A DNA stretch of 64,000 bases from Trypanosoma brucei (taxonomy: Eukaryota): NCBI GenBank assembly GCA_000002445.1, contig CP000066.1, positions 1,344,001 through 1,408,000 of the forward strand, given 5' to 3'. This document shows positions 10,950 through 22,375 of the stretch, piece after piece. Each line of letters opens with the position of its first letter. The stretch's first letter is position 1. Both the position numbers and the translations under genes were made by a program. Below the pieces are notes generated by a model. The model was not told the DNA's origin, did no database searches, and was given only the letters and a program-made list of their open reading frames with translations.

Positions 10950-11801
10950 TCAAACCAACCTCACGCGTCCCTCCAAGATATACGGCCTGAATGTGCGGTA
11001 AGGGACGATAAAAACCTCACCGGCATGAACCGTCTGCTCGGCGTCGTCGCCAAGCCTCACTACCCCTAAATCATCCAGCACGACGCAAAATACGTAGTGG
11101 TCAATATCTGGAATTGGCAGCACCTCGTTACCCTCGGCGTATGGTGCGTTGGGCACCAACTGCTGTAGCTCAGAGGGTGCCGACTGCAGCCCCGCTTGTC
11201 TCACACATTTGCTTATCAATTCAGCAAGCCGGTCAGCCACAACGATCTCGTTATGCGAAAGGTGCTCCCGCAACTGTGTGTGTGCTTCAGCACCGGATTG
11301 AGACTCGTAATTAATTGTAAGGGCAAGGGCCTCAATCTTCCGTAATCGACACCGCAGCAATTCACACAGAAAGAATTGTGCACGCTGCACCTCTAGCGCC
11401 ATGATGTCCGAAGGTTTAAAAGGAAGAAGGGAAACGCCAGAGTCGCTTCCGGCTGCCTTTTGTCTTTCGTCCGTGCCGAGTAACCTAATTTGCTCGTTTT
11501 GAGCGACAATCTGCGCCACAACACTATCAACGATGGCCTCGGGATAGGGTAGAATATCCGGAGCACACCGCTCATTTTCCGTCGCTTGTATGAGAGACTT
11601 GAGGAGATGGCCCGGGGCGGCATGAGACGGGAACGGAAAGGTTTCGTCGTTAGCTGCCCCGGCAGCCACCAAATCCGCGCCTCCAACAGTATTGCTAGTC
11701 GAGAGGCGAGGGCTGCCTTCCCTGCTGAGAGCCTCGTCGAGTTGATCCTCAAAAAACATACGTCTCCTAGAAATTGGAGGTACAAAATGGGAAAATGACA
11801 T
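10950..11801 (-). CDS. SLD5: GINS complex subunit Sld5 (replicative CMG helicase component).
   Basis: Block-wise similarity to GINS4/Sld5. LKSLIQATENERCAPDILPYPEAIVDSVVAQIVAQNEQI matches LIERLEQAWMNEKFAPELLESKPEIVECVMEQLE. MALEVQRAQFFLCELLRCRLRKIEAL matches MEMERIRYVLSSYLRCRLMKIEKF. The C-terminal B-domain PDIDHYVFCVVLDDLGVVRL...GEVFIVPYRTFRPYILEGRVRLV is also conserved. The start may instead be the internal ATG (MFFEDQ) at 11759. Confidence 0.75.
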   Translation of the reverse strand: MSFSHFVPPISRRRMFFEDQLDEALSREGSPRLSTSNTVGGADLVAAGAANDETFPFPSHAAPGHLLKSLIQATENERCAPDILPYPEAIVDSVVAQIVAQNEQIRLLGTDERQKAAGSDSGVSLLPFKPSDIMALEVQRAQFFLCELLRCRLRKIEALALTINYESQSGAEAHTQLREHLSHNEIVVADRLAELISKCVRQAGLQSAPSELQQLVPNAPYAEGNEVLPIPDIDHYVFCVVLDDLGVVRLGDDAEQTVHAGEVFIVPYRTFRPYILEGRVRLV

Positions 11802-13382
11802 TCTTGAAAATAAATCACCAATTAACGATAACCTACACTAAGTGAGCACCGCCAGCTGATGCACACAACTCTTTGTGCAAGGTTCGGTGGATGCACAACG
11901 GGAGGATGACCCATCCCGGTGTTTTTATGCTTAACAACTGCCTGCCGCCCCGCCCCCGAAAAGACAGCACATCTCCCACTAAATTACCAACTCCAAAACA
12001 TTCTTGTCCACTGGAAAAAAAAAAAGAATGCAAATCGTACTGGCTGATTGACATAAAATTCCATAAGGTAGAAAGGAGTGCAAAAGATGGCCGCACAGTA
12101 TCTGCACGCGCGTACGCGAGCAAAAGTGTGACCCCGCACCGTCAGCCAATACGATCAAATGATTGCTCCAACACCACATCGCTTGCGCCCCACACTGGGA
12201 TTCTGAACCCCTACAAAAAAAGGGGGGGACGTCCACATAATTCGGTGCTGGCTGAGCCGGCACCGTTCTTTTTCTATTTTTTTCGTCTACACTCGCTGGA
12301 TGTTTACTTCCCCCCCTCTCCATCCCTCCCTCCCTCGAAAGGCCTCATAAGGGATTGCATATGATCTCACACCGCTTCCGTGGACCGGGTAAGGAGTATG
12401 GTATGGGAGCACAAATTCAATACTTTTCCTTGCAGTCTCACACTACTGCTAGAAGATAAATCAATAATTTGTGTTTGAGGAGTCATGTCAACAATGAAAT
12501 CGATGCATCCATGAACTTGAGGGAATATAAGGGAGAAAATAAGGGGGAGAAGAAAAAACACTAACAAACACGATCGCTTCGATCTGTGCGTGGTTAGAGA
12601 CATGGACACGACCGGAGTAAAAAAAAAAAAGCAACGTAAACACGACTCAAAATGTCTGCTTAGACGAGTACCTGATTACACAAACTGGTGAGTGCACGCC
12701 CTCTCTCCACATTCCTAGCTTCTAACCATCCTGCGTAACCGGTTGCTTTACCATCACCTCAATGTGATAAATAGTCCGTCGTGGCGGCCCCGCTTTCCCC
12801 TTGGGTTCATACAAAGAAGCAAACAAACAGCGGCATGTGCAGGGGAACATGTGCAACACGAAGCGCCCAGCGAAACTAAATTACAAAGAGCGGTACCGAC
12901 CTGCGGTTTCGGCGAGATAACCCCCACTCTTTAGCTGTGGCGTACGCTTCTGTACGAAAGGCGACGCAGTCATAACGATACTGTAGGATTAAGCGAACAA
13001 TGAATAAGAGCACACAAGATCTACTCGAAGAATAGAGTTCCCAACAAATAAAAATTAAAAAAAGAGGAACAGCCCTTCAACCGGAGTTTTGCTTTGCCCT
13101 CTCCCCACCTCCTCGACCCCAACAATTTCCTTTAATCTGTTTTCATCGCTTTCTTTTTTGTTTTCATTTTTACTTTGTAGATATAACGGTGAAGCTACTC
13201 TACCATTCAGACCACCAGTTGACTCTACCCAGCTTTCAGCAGCAGACGAAATCTTATAGCAGTGCAGCAGCGCTTTCATTTCTGACGCCCACCATGTTTT
13301 GTTTCGTGCCAACCATGTTGTTTCACTACCCTTCTGCGGGAGTTGAAACAGACCGCGGCAGGATGATGGTTGGCGTTATTTA

Positions 13383-14300
13383 TTAGGTAGCTTTTTCCGT
13401 GGAGGCATTCCTCGCCTGCTGCCGAAGCAACAAAATCCTGTTCACATGCTTCTGCATAACCTCACGCAGCCCCTGAGAGATATCCTCCGCTGTTGAATCC
13501 TCGTTGTACTTGTACTCGCCGAAACATACGTACACGTCCGCGGGGAATCCCGGGATTTCATTCATCGCAGGTGGCCAAACTTCATGGCAGCCGTTGTGCA
13601 CCATATAATAAAGTCGTGACCGGTGCTTCGTTATCATTGCGAACGTACCGAGGCGGAAGTCCTTTAGTGTCTCTGGTGTTCGGTTTAGGGCACCCTCTGG
13701 AAATACGCAAAGGTTTCCCCCTGCGTTTACGAACTCGTCAGCCTCTTCTGCTACCAACGCCTGCTTCTCCTTGTCCACAGCGAAGCTGCCCCCGGTTGAG
13801 GTAAAGTAAACGGGCAGGTGTCCACACGTATCGATAACTTTGCCCATGAACGGCAAACTCCACAGCGACCTTTTTGCAAACGCTTTCACATTCCTCATAT
13901 AGCTCAAAGGGATGAGCTGTGTAAACAGAATTGTATCGAAGAAGGATGTGTGGCAAGAGCACATCACACCACTGTGGTGAATGCCGTGAGGATCGAGGGA
14001 ACCTTCCATGATCTTGATGTGGATGTGAGGCGAAAGAAACCACAGCACTTTCCCCATAAGGAGACAAGAAAGCCAACAAGCTATGTTTGCGCCTTGTTGC
14101 CTGCTTACCCACTTATTGTAGCGCGCAATACGAATGGGTAGGCACAGAAGGTAGAGTACTATCACTACAGTTACGAGACAAGACACGAACCACAACCGCA
14201 TGACTATCACCGGACAGCGCCGCTCGCGCAGGAGGTACCAGAACCCCATAAAAAGAGCTGCAGCTAAAAGTAGCCCCAGTATCGTCACGACGATCGCCAT
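13383..14300 (-). CDS. Lysophospholipid / 1-acyl-sn-glycerol-3-phosphate acyltransferase (PlsC/AGPAT family), membrane protein.
   Basis: N-terminal TM helices. Acyltransferase motif I HX4D (CHTSFFD) and motif III FPEGALNRT (compare FPEGTR). The track start at 14348 is GTG; the ATG MAIVVTILG is at 14300. Confidence 0.8.
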   Translation of the reverse strand: MAIVVTILGLLLAAALFMGFWYLLRERRCPVIVMRLWFVSCLVTVVIVLYLLCLPIRIARYNKWVSRQQGANIACWLSCLLMGKVLWFLSPHIHIKIMEGSLDPHGIHHSGVMCSCHTSFFDTILFTQLIPLSYMRNVKAFAKRSLWSLPFMGKVIDTCGHLPVYFTSTGGSFAVDKEKQALVAEEADEFVNAGGNLCVFPEGALNRTPETLKDFRLGTFAMITKHRSRLYYMVHNGCHEVWPPAMNEIPGFPADVYVCFGEYKYNEDSTAEDISQGLREVMQKHVNRILLLRQQARNASTEKAT

Positions 14301-14854
14301 ATTTGAAGAAATGAAAAAGAAAGTACAGCCACCAGGCAACTTAGTCACAAAAGAACCAACCAGTCAAACTATATAATGTAGCTTTTTTCTTGAAAAATGG
14401 GGAAGAGAAAAGAACGTGAGCCAGAGATGGGTAAGAGCAGTAGGTCCCCCTTTCCAACAGTACATGTAAATATTTCCGTACAAGCATGTACGGGATGTGG
14501 AAACACAAAAAAAATTCGAACAATATTAGTGGGTATAAGAATCCAGCGACAAATAAACGTAACAAAACATATGAAGGTCAGTAGCATAAAGGGGGGGGGG
14601 AAGGAAAAAAGGAGCGGAACAGGTCCCGTGCGCAATAACAGTCCCAAACAAATCGACCCCCGCCACGCCAGCTACTTTTCTTTCGCTTTCATCTTTTTTT
14701 CTTCCACTTTCCCCACCTTTCTCAATACACGGGATCTCACAGGTAGATACGTAAATACATATATTTGTGTGTATGAGAATATGCGGAGAAGGAGATCAGT
14801 AGTGTTAGCTCTGAAGAGAAAATACAATACGAAAGGAAAAAAAAAGGAGAGATT

Positions 14855-14879
14855 GGGGGGGGGGGGGGCGGGGGGTGGG
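14855..14879 (+). repeat. G14-C-G6-T-G3 tract (a poly-C tract on the transcribed minus strand), followed by a T15 run (14903-14917).
   Basis: Read directly: gggggggggggggg c gggggg t ggg, then tttctttttttttttttt. It lies in the 2.2-kb intergenic spacer of the minus-strand PTU. Confidence 0.9.
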
Positions 14880-16572
14880 AGCTATGTTGCGCAGAATCAC
14901 TTTCTTTTTTTTTTTTGCCGCCGGAACCCTGTTTGGTGCTACCAAATTATGAAAGAGATAAACAGACAAACTACAAATCATTAGTGGGAATGGGTGGGGG
15001 AAACAAAGAAAAGAAATTGAGAAATCCGCTGGGGTTATATGAGGAGAACGCCCTTCCTTGTTCTCCCGCACACACATACACAGGCACGCACGTGTATGGA
15101 TACAAACAAGCATATAAATATGAAAGTATATCTACGCCTATTTTCCTTTCCATTGACAATATTATTATTATTATGCTGTGATATACTTACAACAGCATAC
15201 GTGCAAGTGTAAGCTGATTTGGGTCCGGTGTTACATTAATATATATATGAGCTTGTTTGTATCCGTGTACGTGTGTGTACTTCTCTCTCCCCTCTTAGTC
15301 TTTAGTTTTGACTTCTGTTTCACTTTGTTTTAACCAAAGGCAGAACGGAGATGAATATCATAATAAATGACGACTACTTGTTGGCGTGCGCACGCAAGTT
15401 GCAAAGAAGTTGTGGATCCTTCACTTTTCTTTTGTCTCACCCGTTCCTATTCCCTCATTTCATCCCCGTATTTATGAATATACATAAATGTATTTCTCAT
15501 TATAATTATCATTTATTAAGCAATATTAAGCATGAAAGAGAAAAGGAAGGAAAACAAGGGACACCTGGACCTTTGTGTTTTCCTCCCTTCTTTCGCTGCA
15601 CCTATATACCACCGTGTCATTGACAAGGCCTTCCCGACGCCGCGCTACACACTCCCTTCGCATATCGTCTCTACTTCTCATTTTCATATTTCATTTCATC
15701 GCGATTGCGTGGACAATTATCGTTTCGGCCTGAGCTTAATTGCTTTTGGCCCCTCGCATTTATTGCATTTGGCGTTTGTTTTCCCTTTCCTGTTTCATTA
15801 TTCATCTCTTCTTTTGTATCTCCGGCGGTAGTATCGTCGTCACTCTCCCTCCTTCCATTTCTCTCACTTTTCGCTTTAACAACAATCATAACAATAACAG
15901 TAATGATAGCTAAATGGAGGGAACTGCCAACAGCAGTGCAAACGAACAGACAAGTAACACTGTTTAGGAATCGGCAGAATGAAATGCACTACCTCTACCA
16001 ACCGTTGCCAAAGCAACGAAAGGGTAAATACTTCCTCTTCTAGTTTTGGTTCATTTCGTTTCGCTTCTTTTGTCCTGTTTTCTTTTCTTTTTTCGTCGTT
16101 GCTGACGGTTATTATATTAAACAAAATCAATAAATGAAATGAAGCAAGGTGCCTGTTCACGAACAATGTCCGTGTGCGTGTGTGTGGGGAGGGGGAGGAG
16201 TAAAAATACGTAAACGCGCGCGACCTTTTTTCCTTTTGAATACACTCGATGGTGTGCGCGTGGAGGGGGAATATCAGACAAAACAAAACCATATGTCATA
16301 GAGGCTACAGAAAAAAAAAAAGAGTGGCCACATTACTTGACATTGTCAAGTAACCCCCCCAAAAAATGGCGGAAGGCTTACGAAAGGCAAGCCTTTATCA
16401 CAATAGTAACAGTTTCGTGTAAAGGGGAGGGTGGAAAAGCAAAAAAACAAAAACAAACTTAAAGGAAGAGAGAGGGGGAGAGGTCTCATTCTTTCCCCCT
16501 CGCCCTCCGTTGCTCCTGGGTAATTAAAATATATCGTTGGGTAGCTCCCTCATCGTGGAGGTAGCGGCTGAC

Positions 16573-17243
16573 TCAGCACGCCGAAGCCATCCCGACCATA
16601 GCGGTTTTGGTAGTAAAACATGAATTAGAGGTTGCCGAGGACAAAAGATGCCGGGGAATATGGCAGGGTCGGGGCCGCGTCTGTGCAAGGGGTGGAATAG
16701 CCGTGTCACCCACCACGTCCTTTTCGTGGCTGGAACCAAGAATGCAGCTGAAGTTGCGAACACTCACTACGCGATCACCCTTGGAAATCACATTCCCACT
16801 GGGAGCGCACTGTCCCGTGGAGTACGAGCAATGCTCTCCCCGCAGGAAGGCTGAGAATTCTCTCGACACTGCCCCAAAGTTGTCCCCGGTAGGAACAACA
16901 CCGTAGACAGGTTGCACCGGTGGGGTGGTAAACTCCCTGGCCATCACAGTCTCGGGGAAGGAGGTATCAAACGTCCCCTGCGTTGGACTTACCAACATTA
17001 CGCACTGAGGGAAGGTGGCGCTCAGGGGAGTTATCAGTTCTGAGGTTGAGCCAATATGGGCACTGGGCAGGAGCGCCACAGCAGCCGGGGCTGCTGCTGG
17101 TGGCCACACAGCCATTTGCTGCTGCAGTAACGCAAATGGCGCAGCCTGAGCCGTGGGCATTGCCGCGACCAGTGGTTGTGGGTTGCCGTAGATCGGGCTG
17201 CTGTACTCCCAGCGTGGTATGTCTGAAAATACACCGGGAATCT
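16573..17243 (-). CDS. Hypothetical Pro/Ala-rich protein.
   Basis: The ORF is open to 17529, but 17440-17529 on the coding strand is a polypyrimidine tract typical of a trans-splice acceptor region, so the first plausible ATG is MEIPGVF at 17243. Low-complexity P/A/Q-rich sequence with no recognisable domain. Confidence 0.35.
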
Positions 17244-18002
17244 CCATTCTTGCTACCCCTTTTCTTCTCGCTGTAAGCTCCACCCCTTCGTGTATTAAGG
17301 TGCCCTGTTCTTCAACGAAAACCCACGCTGTAGCTCTCCCGCTTTCACCTCCGGTTGGTTGTATTCTTTTCTCCTGAGTTGCCCTTAATATCAATGAGCT
17401 GTCGGCCACGGATATTGTCCCTGCCGAACCAACAGCACCGCAAGACAAAAAACAAACAGGACCACGATAACCACACACACAAAAATAAAGGTAAACGAAG
17501 AGAAAATAAAGAAAAATGAGGAAATACAAATGGTGCTATGCGGTAAGGAACAATTCAAATTTTTTAAAAATAAGGGAACCAGAACCAAAGGCTGGAAGCA
17601 CCCCCCTCCACAACGAGTCCGGTTACCGGACCTTTGCGCGGCATGCGGTAAAAAGGCATGTTCCCTAGCCGAAGCACTTAAAATTAGGAAAGGGCGGCAA
17701 GTGAAGGTAACCCCGAAAACCCAAGCGGCATGCCGAAATCTGAGGCTTTGACAATCAATTAACATCGGCTAAAGCTAATAAATAATGGAAAATAATAGTG
17801 GTACCAAACAAACCCAACCGTACCGCTCAAACTGGTTGCCGCTCCACAATCTTCAAACATTTTCTTTTCTTTGACACACTCCCCTTCCACGCACTGTCCC
17901 TTACTACTGGTCTGAGGGATGAGGCTCGAGGTGCCTGCAACGTGGCTTATGCTTTAGAGACGCCAAAACGGTCATCAAGCGAATCTGTTACTTCCTTGTA
18001 GA

Positions 18003-20198
18003 CTAATTAGAAACCCTTTTTCTCTTGTAAAAGTAAAGAGATGCCAAGGCAAAGGGTGGCTGCTTTGACTCCGCCACCTTTTCGTCATTAAACAACAACC
18101 ATTTCCCTGTTTCTTCATCCCGTATATGGCATACATAGTGTCCCGTCTTGGCACTGGCTCCCATGTGACTTATCATGGCGTGCAATCGGTAGCTTGCCGG
18201 TCCATCAACCTCGGGTGCAGTGACATTCCCGCGGGAAACCAATTGACCTTCAGAGCCCTCGGCCCTTGCGATTTCCCCCTCAATGTCGTTGCGGCTGAAC
18301 ACGTAATCAAGTGCCCTCTCCACGTTCATGCCTGTCTGCTGCAGCGCGTATTTTGCAATTTTTTCATCAACACCCATGCTAAGCAGTGTAGCGAGCGCCA
18401 TCTCGTCCACCGGCGTGAGCGCTGCGGAAACCGGCTTGTGTCGCAGTTCCCGCTCATTGGAAGGCATCTCCACTTCACCGCTCTGTAGTCCCTTTCCACG
18501 AAGATACTCCAAGTCAACTTCCTCCGGTACCTCTACAAACACATCCCGCTTCGTCACTGTCATTGTCTCCGCGTCGAAGTGTGCCCGACGGAGGTAAACT
18601 GCGAGAACATCCGGAAACGTCGCCACGCGTACAGTTTCGTTGTAGGTGACCTGGTTCCCGCACGCACTACAGCTGCAGTCTACTTCAATGGTTTTCATCA
18701 AAGATGTTATACAGGCTTCCAGCGAGGTCCGAGGACGACTTGCCTCAATTTCTTCTTCCGTGAGTTTGCGGTTACAAGCAGACCTCCGCTCTGCGGTACC
18801 CAGGGGGATGGGGAGCGAAAGACAACAGTCTGACTCATACGTGTAACGTACCTTGCGGCAAGAGCTACACTCAACACGATTCTCCAACTTCATCTTAAAA
18901 ATATCAACCGGGTGCCGGTTTTGCTTCGCGTCGACACATGAGGGTTTGACGTAGCGGCGCATTTCCTCCAATAGATATAAAAAGTACTCCTGGGCGTCCT
19001 GCTGCTCACTGGTGCTGAATTCGGGATGCCCCTCCGCGAAAACTTGCTTAAACTCACGTGCCGTTATACCGTTGGGCTCATCATTGTCACTTATGGAAAA
19101 TTCACCGGAAAGCAGGCCGCTGGCAACGCGCTCCACCTGGCAACTACGACACTTGTAGGGGTTTTCTCTACAGGCATTCTGGTGCCGTGTGTCGCGGCCG
19201 GCGTAGAACGCCTCTTTAAAGACCTCTAGCGACATTAGACACTGTAAAACGCAGTTCATGTAGCACGTGTTGCCGAAGTTTCGCATCCCGGTTCTTCCAG
19301 GGCCGAAAACTGGAACAAGAGTTTCCCCACTTTCCGTAATCCGGTTGAAGTCAAATTGCGACCAATAATCGTACTGTATCTCTCCGAAAGTTTTTGCAGT
19401 TTTTTTTGATGTTTTCACATCTATGCCGAAGTGCTTCATATGGGCCTCAAAGTGCACATCGGATACTTCATCATCGCAAGAATAACAGTAGAAGTCTGCG
19501 CCTGACGGAGTTATCGTGCCAAGTTTGACCACAACAGGATGCTGCGTGGTGTTGTGGTGTTCCAGTGCATGGCCCCTGCCACCTACTTCAGGTCGCGGGC
19601 AACCAACTGCCCCACATGTCACGCACATCCAATTATCCGTCTGACAACCACAACCCGCAACAACACAAGTCTCCATGTGGCTCGGCGCCGGTGAGAATGG
19701 GCTAGGTTGCTGCTCGAGACATACCAAATGTGGACACTGAGGCCGAGTAAACTGCTCTTCATTTGCGTCTATGGCTCCCTGCGCTCCTGTGGAGGTGGCA
19801 TTCAAGATACTCTGGTAGCATCCCTCAAGCAACTCGGGGGGCGACGAGAACGTGAGTGAGCACAGGGCGCAGCAGATGGCGCTCTCATATTCTTTTGGGA
19901 GTACAACGCCAAGTTTGTTCACATCCCTCGGTGCATCATCCTCCTTCTGGGGACACTCCTTCAGCCATACGTACATCGCATGGTTCGAGCGCAGTGAAAC
20001 GTGCTTCCTCACGTGCACTTCACAGAGGGCGATATGGCAACACATGCACACCAAAACACCTCCATTGTGCATGCATGTCCGGCAGCAGTAAGCGCACTCC
20101 TCCTTGTGAACGGCGGACTGATGATGCGGAGTTGTAACAGCCGATTCATCCCAGCAATGGGCACATGCCTCCTGAGTTATAGAAAAGGGAGGCGGCAT
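18003..20198 (-). CDS. Ubiquitin carboxyl-terminal hydrolase, USP5/USP13 (isopeptidase T)-like, with ZnF-UBP and UBA domains.
   Basis: Cys box GMRNFGNTCYMNCVLQCL and His box HYVCHIRDEETGKWLLFNDEKV. ZnF-UBP CxxC...GHALEHH...YCYSCD. UBA VDEMALATLLSMGVDEKIAKYALQQTGMNVERALDYVFS. Confidence 0.85.
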   Translation of the reverse strand: MPPPFSITQEACAHCWDESAVTTPHHQSAVHKEECAYCCRTCMHNGGVLVCMCCHIALCEVHVRKHVSLRSNHAMYVWLKECPQKEDDAPRDVNKLGVVLPKEYESAICCALCSLTFSSPPELLEGCYQSILNATSTGAQGAIDANEEQFTRPQCPHLVCLEQQPSPFSPAPSHMETCVVAGCGCQTDNWMCVTCGAVGCPRPEVGGRGHALEHHNTTQHPVVVKLGTITPSGADFYCYSCDDEVSDVHFEAHMKHFGIDVKTSKKTAKTFGEIQYDYWSQFDFNRITESGETLVPVFGPGRTGMRNFGNTCYMNCVLQCLMSLEVFKEAFYAGRDTRHQNACRENPYKCRSCQVERVASGLLSGEFSISDNDEPNGITAREFKQVFAEGHPEFSTSEQQDAQEYFLYLLEEMRRYVKPSCVDAKQNRHPVDIFKMKLENRVECSSCRKVRYTYESDCCLSLPIPLGTAERRSACNRKLTEEEIEASRPRTSLEACITSLMKTIEVDCSCSACGNQVTYNETVRVATFPDVLAVYLRRAHFDAETMTVTKRDVFVEVPEEVDLEYLRGKGLQSGEVEMPSNERELRHKPVSAALTPVDEMALATLLSMGVDEKIAKYALQQTGMNVERALDYVFSRNDIEGEIARAEGSEGQLVSRGNVTAPEVDGPASYRLHAMISHMGASAKTGHYVCHIRDEETGKWLLFNDEKVAESKQPPFALASLYFYKRKRVSN

Positions 20199-21571
20199 TA
20201 CCGCTTTGCGCGAGTTACTTTCAATACTTCACCCCACTCACCCCTGTTCTACTGGCTTCTCCTAGCCACACCTTTTCCTTGCACAAAACTTACTGTATCT
20301 CAAGAGAATGAGGGCGGTATCGCAGATATTACGCAGGATACACATGTTAGTTGATATAGCTCATTTGGCAAAATCAGGACCAATGGCGAACGTAACATGC
20401 ATGCGTTGCCTTTCACAGATAAACCAGCAGCACACCCGATGCGGCACAACCATACAGGGATCTAGAAGCTGGAAAAATTAGAACCTAACGCCGGTTGGGC
20501 GAACAGCTCACATCTACACAGGTATGCGTACCCGAAGGCTTATGGCCCTCACCCCTATACAGAGTAATAATAAAACGGCAAGAAATATCGTACAACGCTG
20601 CACGTCATGTCACCGCTGGTAGGTTGGAAGAGGCCCAGACACACCACTGGGGCGGTGGTGAGGGAGAGAGAACCTGTACCGTTCCCGTGGTTAGTAAACA
20701 TTTTCGGTCTTGTGTGACGCATGGTGCGGAAGAAAAAAAGGAGAGGACCGATGGTGTTCGCCGCAGCTGAGCCGCTCCACCGCCCATGCGGATGCATGGG
20801 ACACACAACTGGAACAGAAATGTCAGCTTAAGTCAGACTCTTGAATAACTGCAATTAAGACACACCATCGTGCGTCTTAAAATAGAGGCCACTGGCTCCT
20901 CAGACAGTTCGACATGAGAACACTTCAAGACTGACATCAGACGCGCACGACCCTCTTCTACCGGCGTCTGTGTCCATATTAATGGCCAAACCATCCGCGG
21001 CCGTTGCAGTGACACGGACGAGGTGATCATGCACCCACTTGCATCCACGCGCGAAAACCCAACTATATGATCTTCCACGCGATCCCGCCTCAAATTTTTC
21101 TACAGCACTCCTTTCCATGGATATCTCCCGATTTGCTTATCATGAGAGTTAGGTGCTTTTTCTCCAGTAGATATGCTGCGGATTCCCCGCGTGGTGGTCT
21201 CAGACACGCATCGTACGCCACTTGCCAGCCGTTTAAGCTGTTGTTTAAACAAGTGGTGCACCCAAATACCAAAAAAAAAAAAAAGAGAGGAACTAATAAA
21301 GTTCGAGCGACAAGAATTGAGCACTTTGGGATGGGATGGTGACAATCGCATCAGGTGTAAAGCATACGGTCCTGTGTCCGCAGTTTTCATCGTTACGCCT
21401 ACTAAAACTCAAAAGAGAAGAGGCGTTTCTCTAGCGCTAAACCACTGATGGGGGAAAACACAGCTCGTGCCCTCATTGCTCGTTTTAGCGCTGAAGCCCC
21501 TCTCCAATATTATACGTCCCTTGTTCCATAACCAAATAGCTACGGTTTAGGACACCGCCAAACCTACTAGC

Positions 21572-22375
21572 CTACGAATTGGTGAAGAACGGTTTCCTTT
21601 TCTCCAGGAAGGCACGCATACCTTCCTTTTGGTCAGCTGTGGCAAATGTAGCCTGGAATATCCGTCGCTCGTAATTTAGGCCCTCGCTCAGTGTTGCTTC
21701 AAACCCCCTATTGACACAATCTTTCGCAAGGGAAGTTATTAAGCAGCTGTTCAACGTAATTTTTTCAGCGACTGACATAGTTGCCGTGGTAAGTTCCTCA
21801 TGCTTCACAACACGGGAAACCAAACCAGCGCGCTCCGCCTCTTCTGCAGTATACTGTTGTCCCGTCAGCACCCATTCCATCGCTTTACTTTTACCAATTA
21901 GCCGCGCAAGCCGTTGTGTACCGCCAGCGCCCGGAATTGTTCCAATTTTAACTTCGGGTTGTCCGAAGGTCGCCTTTTCGCTGGCTACAACGATATCGCA
22001 AGACATGACAAGTTCACATCCACCGCCCAAAGCGAAACCGTTGACTGCGGCAATAACTGGTTTCTTAGCATTAGCTACAGTGTCGATACCGCGAAGCATG
22101 TCGTCCTTATAAAAGTCAACAAAACTTTTACTTGACATTGCCTTCACATCAGCACCGGCACAGAAGGCTTTACCCTCACCGGTAATGATGATGACCGACA
22201 CCGACGGATCCGCATCGTACTTCGACACGCTTTCAGCTAGCGCGCATAACAAATCCTTGTTAAGTGCATTAAGTTGAGCAGGTCTGTTAAGTGTCAGCGT
22301 CAACACAGCTCCTCTCTGAGAGCACTTAACGACAGCCTCCGTTGCAGAACGTAAAAGTGCACAGGAGCGTAACAT
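21572..22375 (-). CDS. Enoyl-CoA hydratase (crotonase superfamily), probably mitochondrial.
   Basis: AFCAGADVKAM oxyanion-hole region, VIAAVNGFALGGGCELVMSCDIVVASEKATFGQPEVKIGTIPGAGGTQRL and catalytic Glu residues. 267 aa with an N-terminal presequence-like MLRSCALLRSA. Confidence 0.9.
   Translation of the reverse strand: MLRSCALLRSATEAVVKCSQRGAVLTLTLNRPAQLNALNKDLLCALAESVSKYDADPSVSVIIITGEGKAFCAGADVKAMSSKSFVDFYKDDMLRGIDTVANAKKPVIAAVNGFALGGGCELVMSCDIVVASEKATFGQPEVKIGTIPGAGGTQRLARLIGKSKAMEWVLTGQQYTAEEAERAGLVSRVVKHEELTTATMSVAEKITLNSCLITSLAKDCVNRGFEATLSEGLNYERRIFQATFATADQKEGMRAFLEKRKPFFTNS

Noticed and set aside
11873-12364. 163-aa plus-strand and 114-aa minus-strand ORFs in the Sld5-acyltransferase spacer
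   Set aside because: The plus ORF is on the wrong strand for the PTU. Both are low-complexity, and the plus ORF starts at a non-ATG codon.
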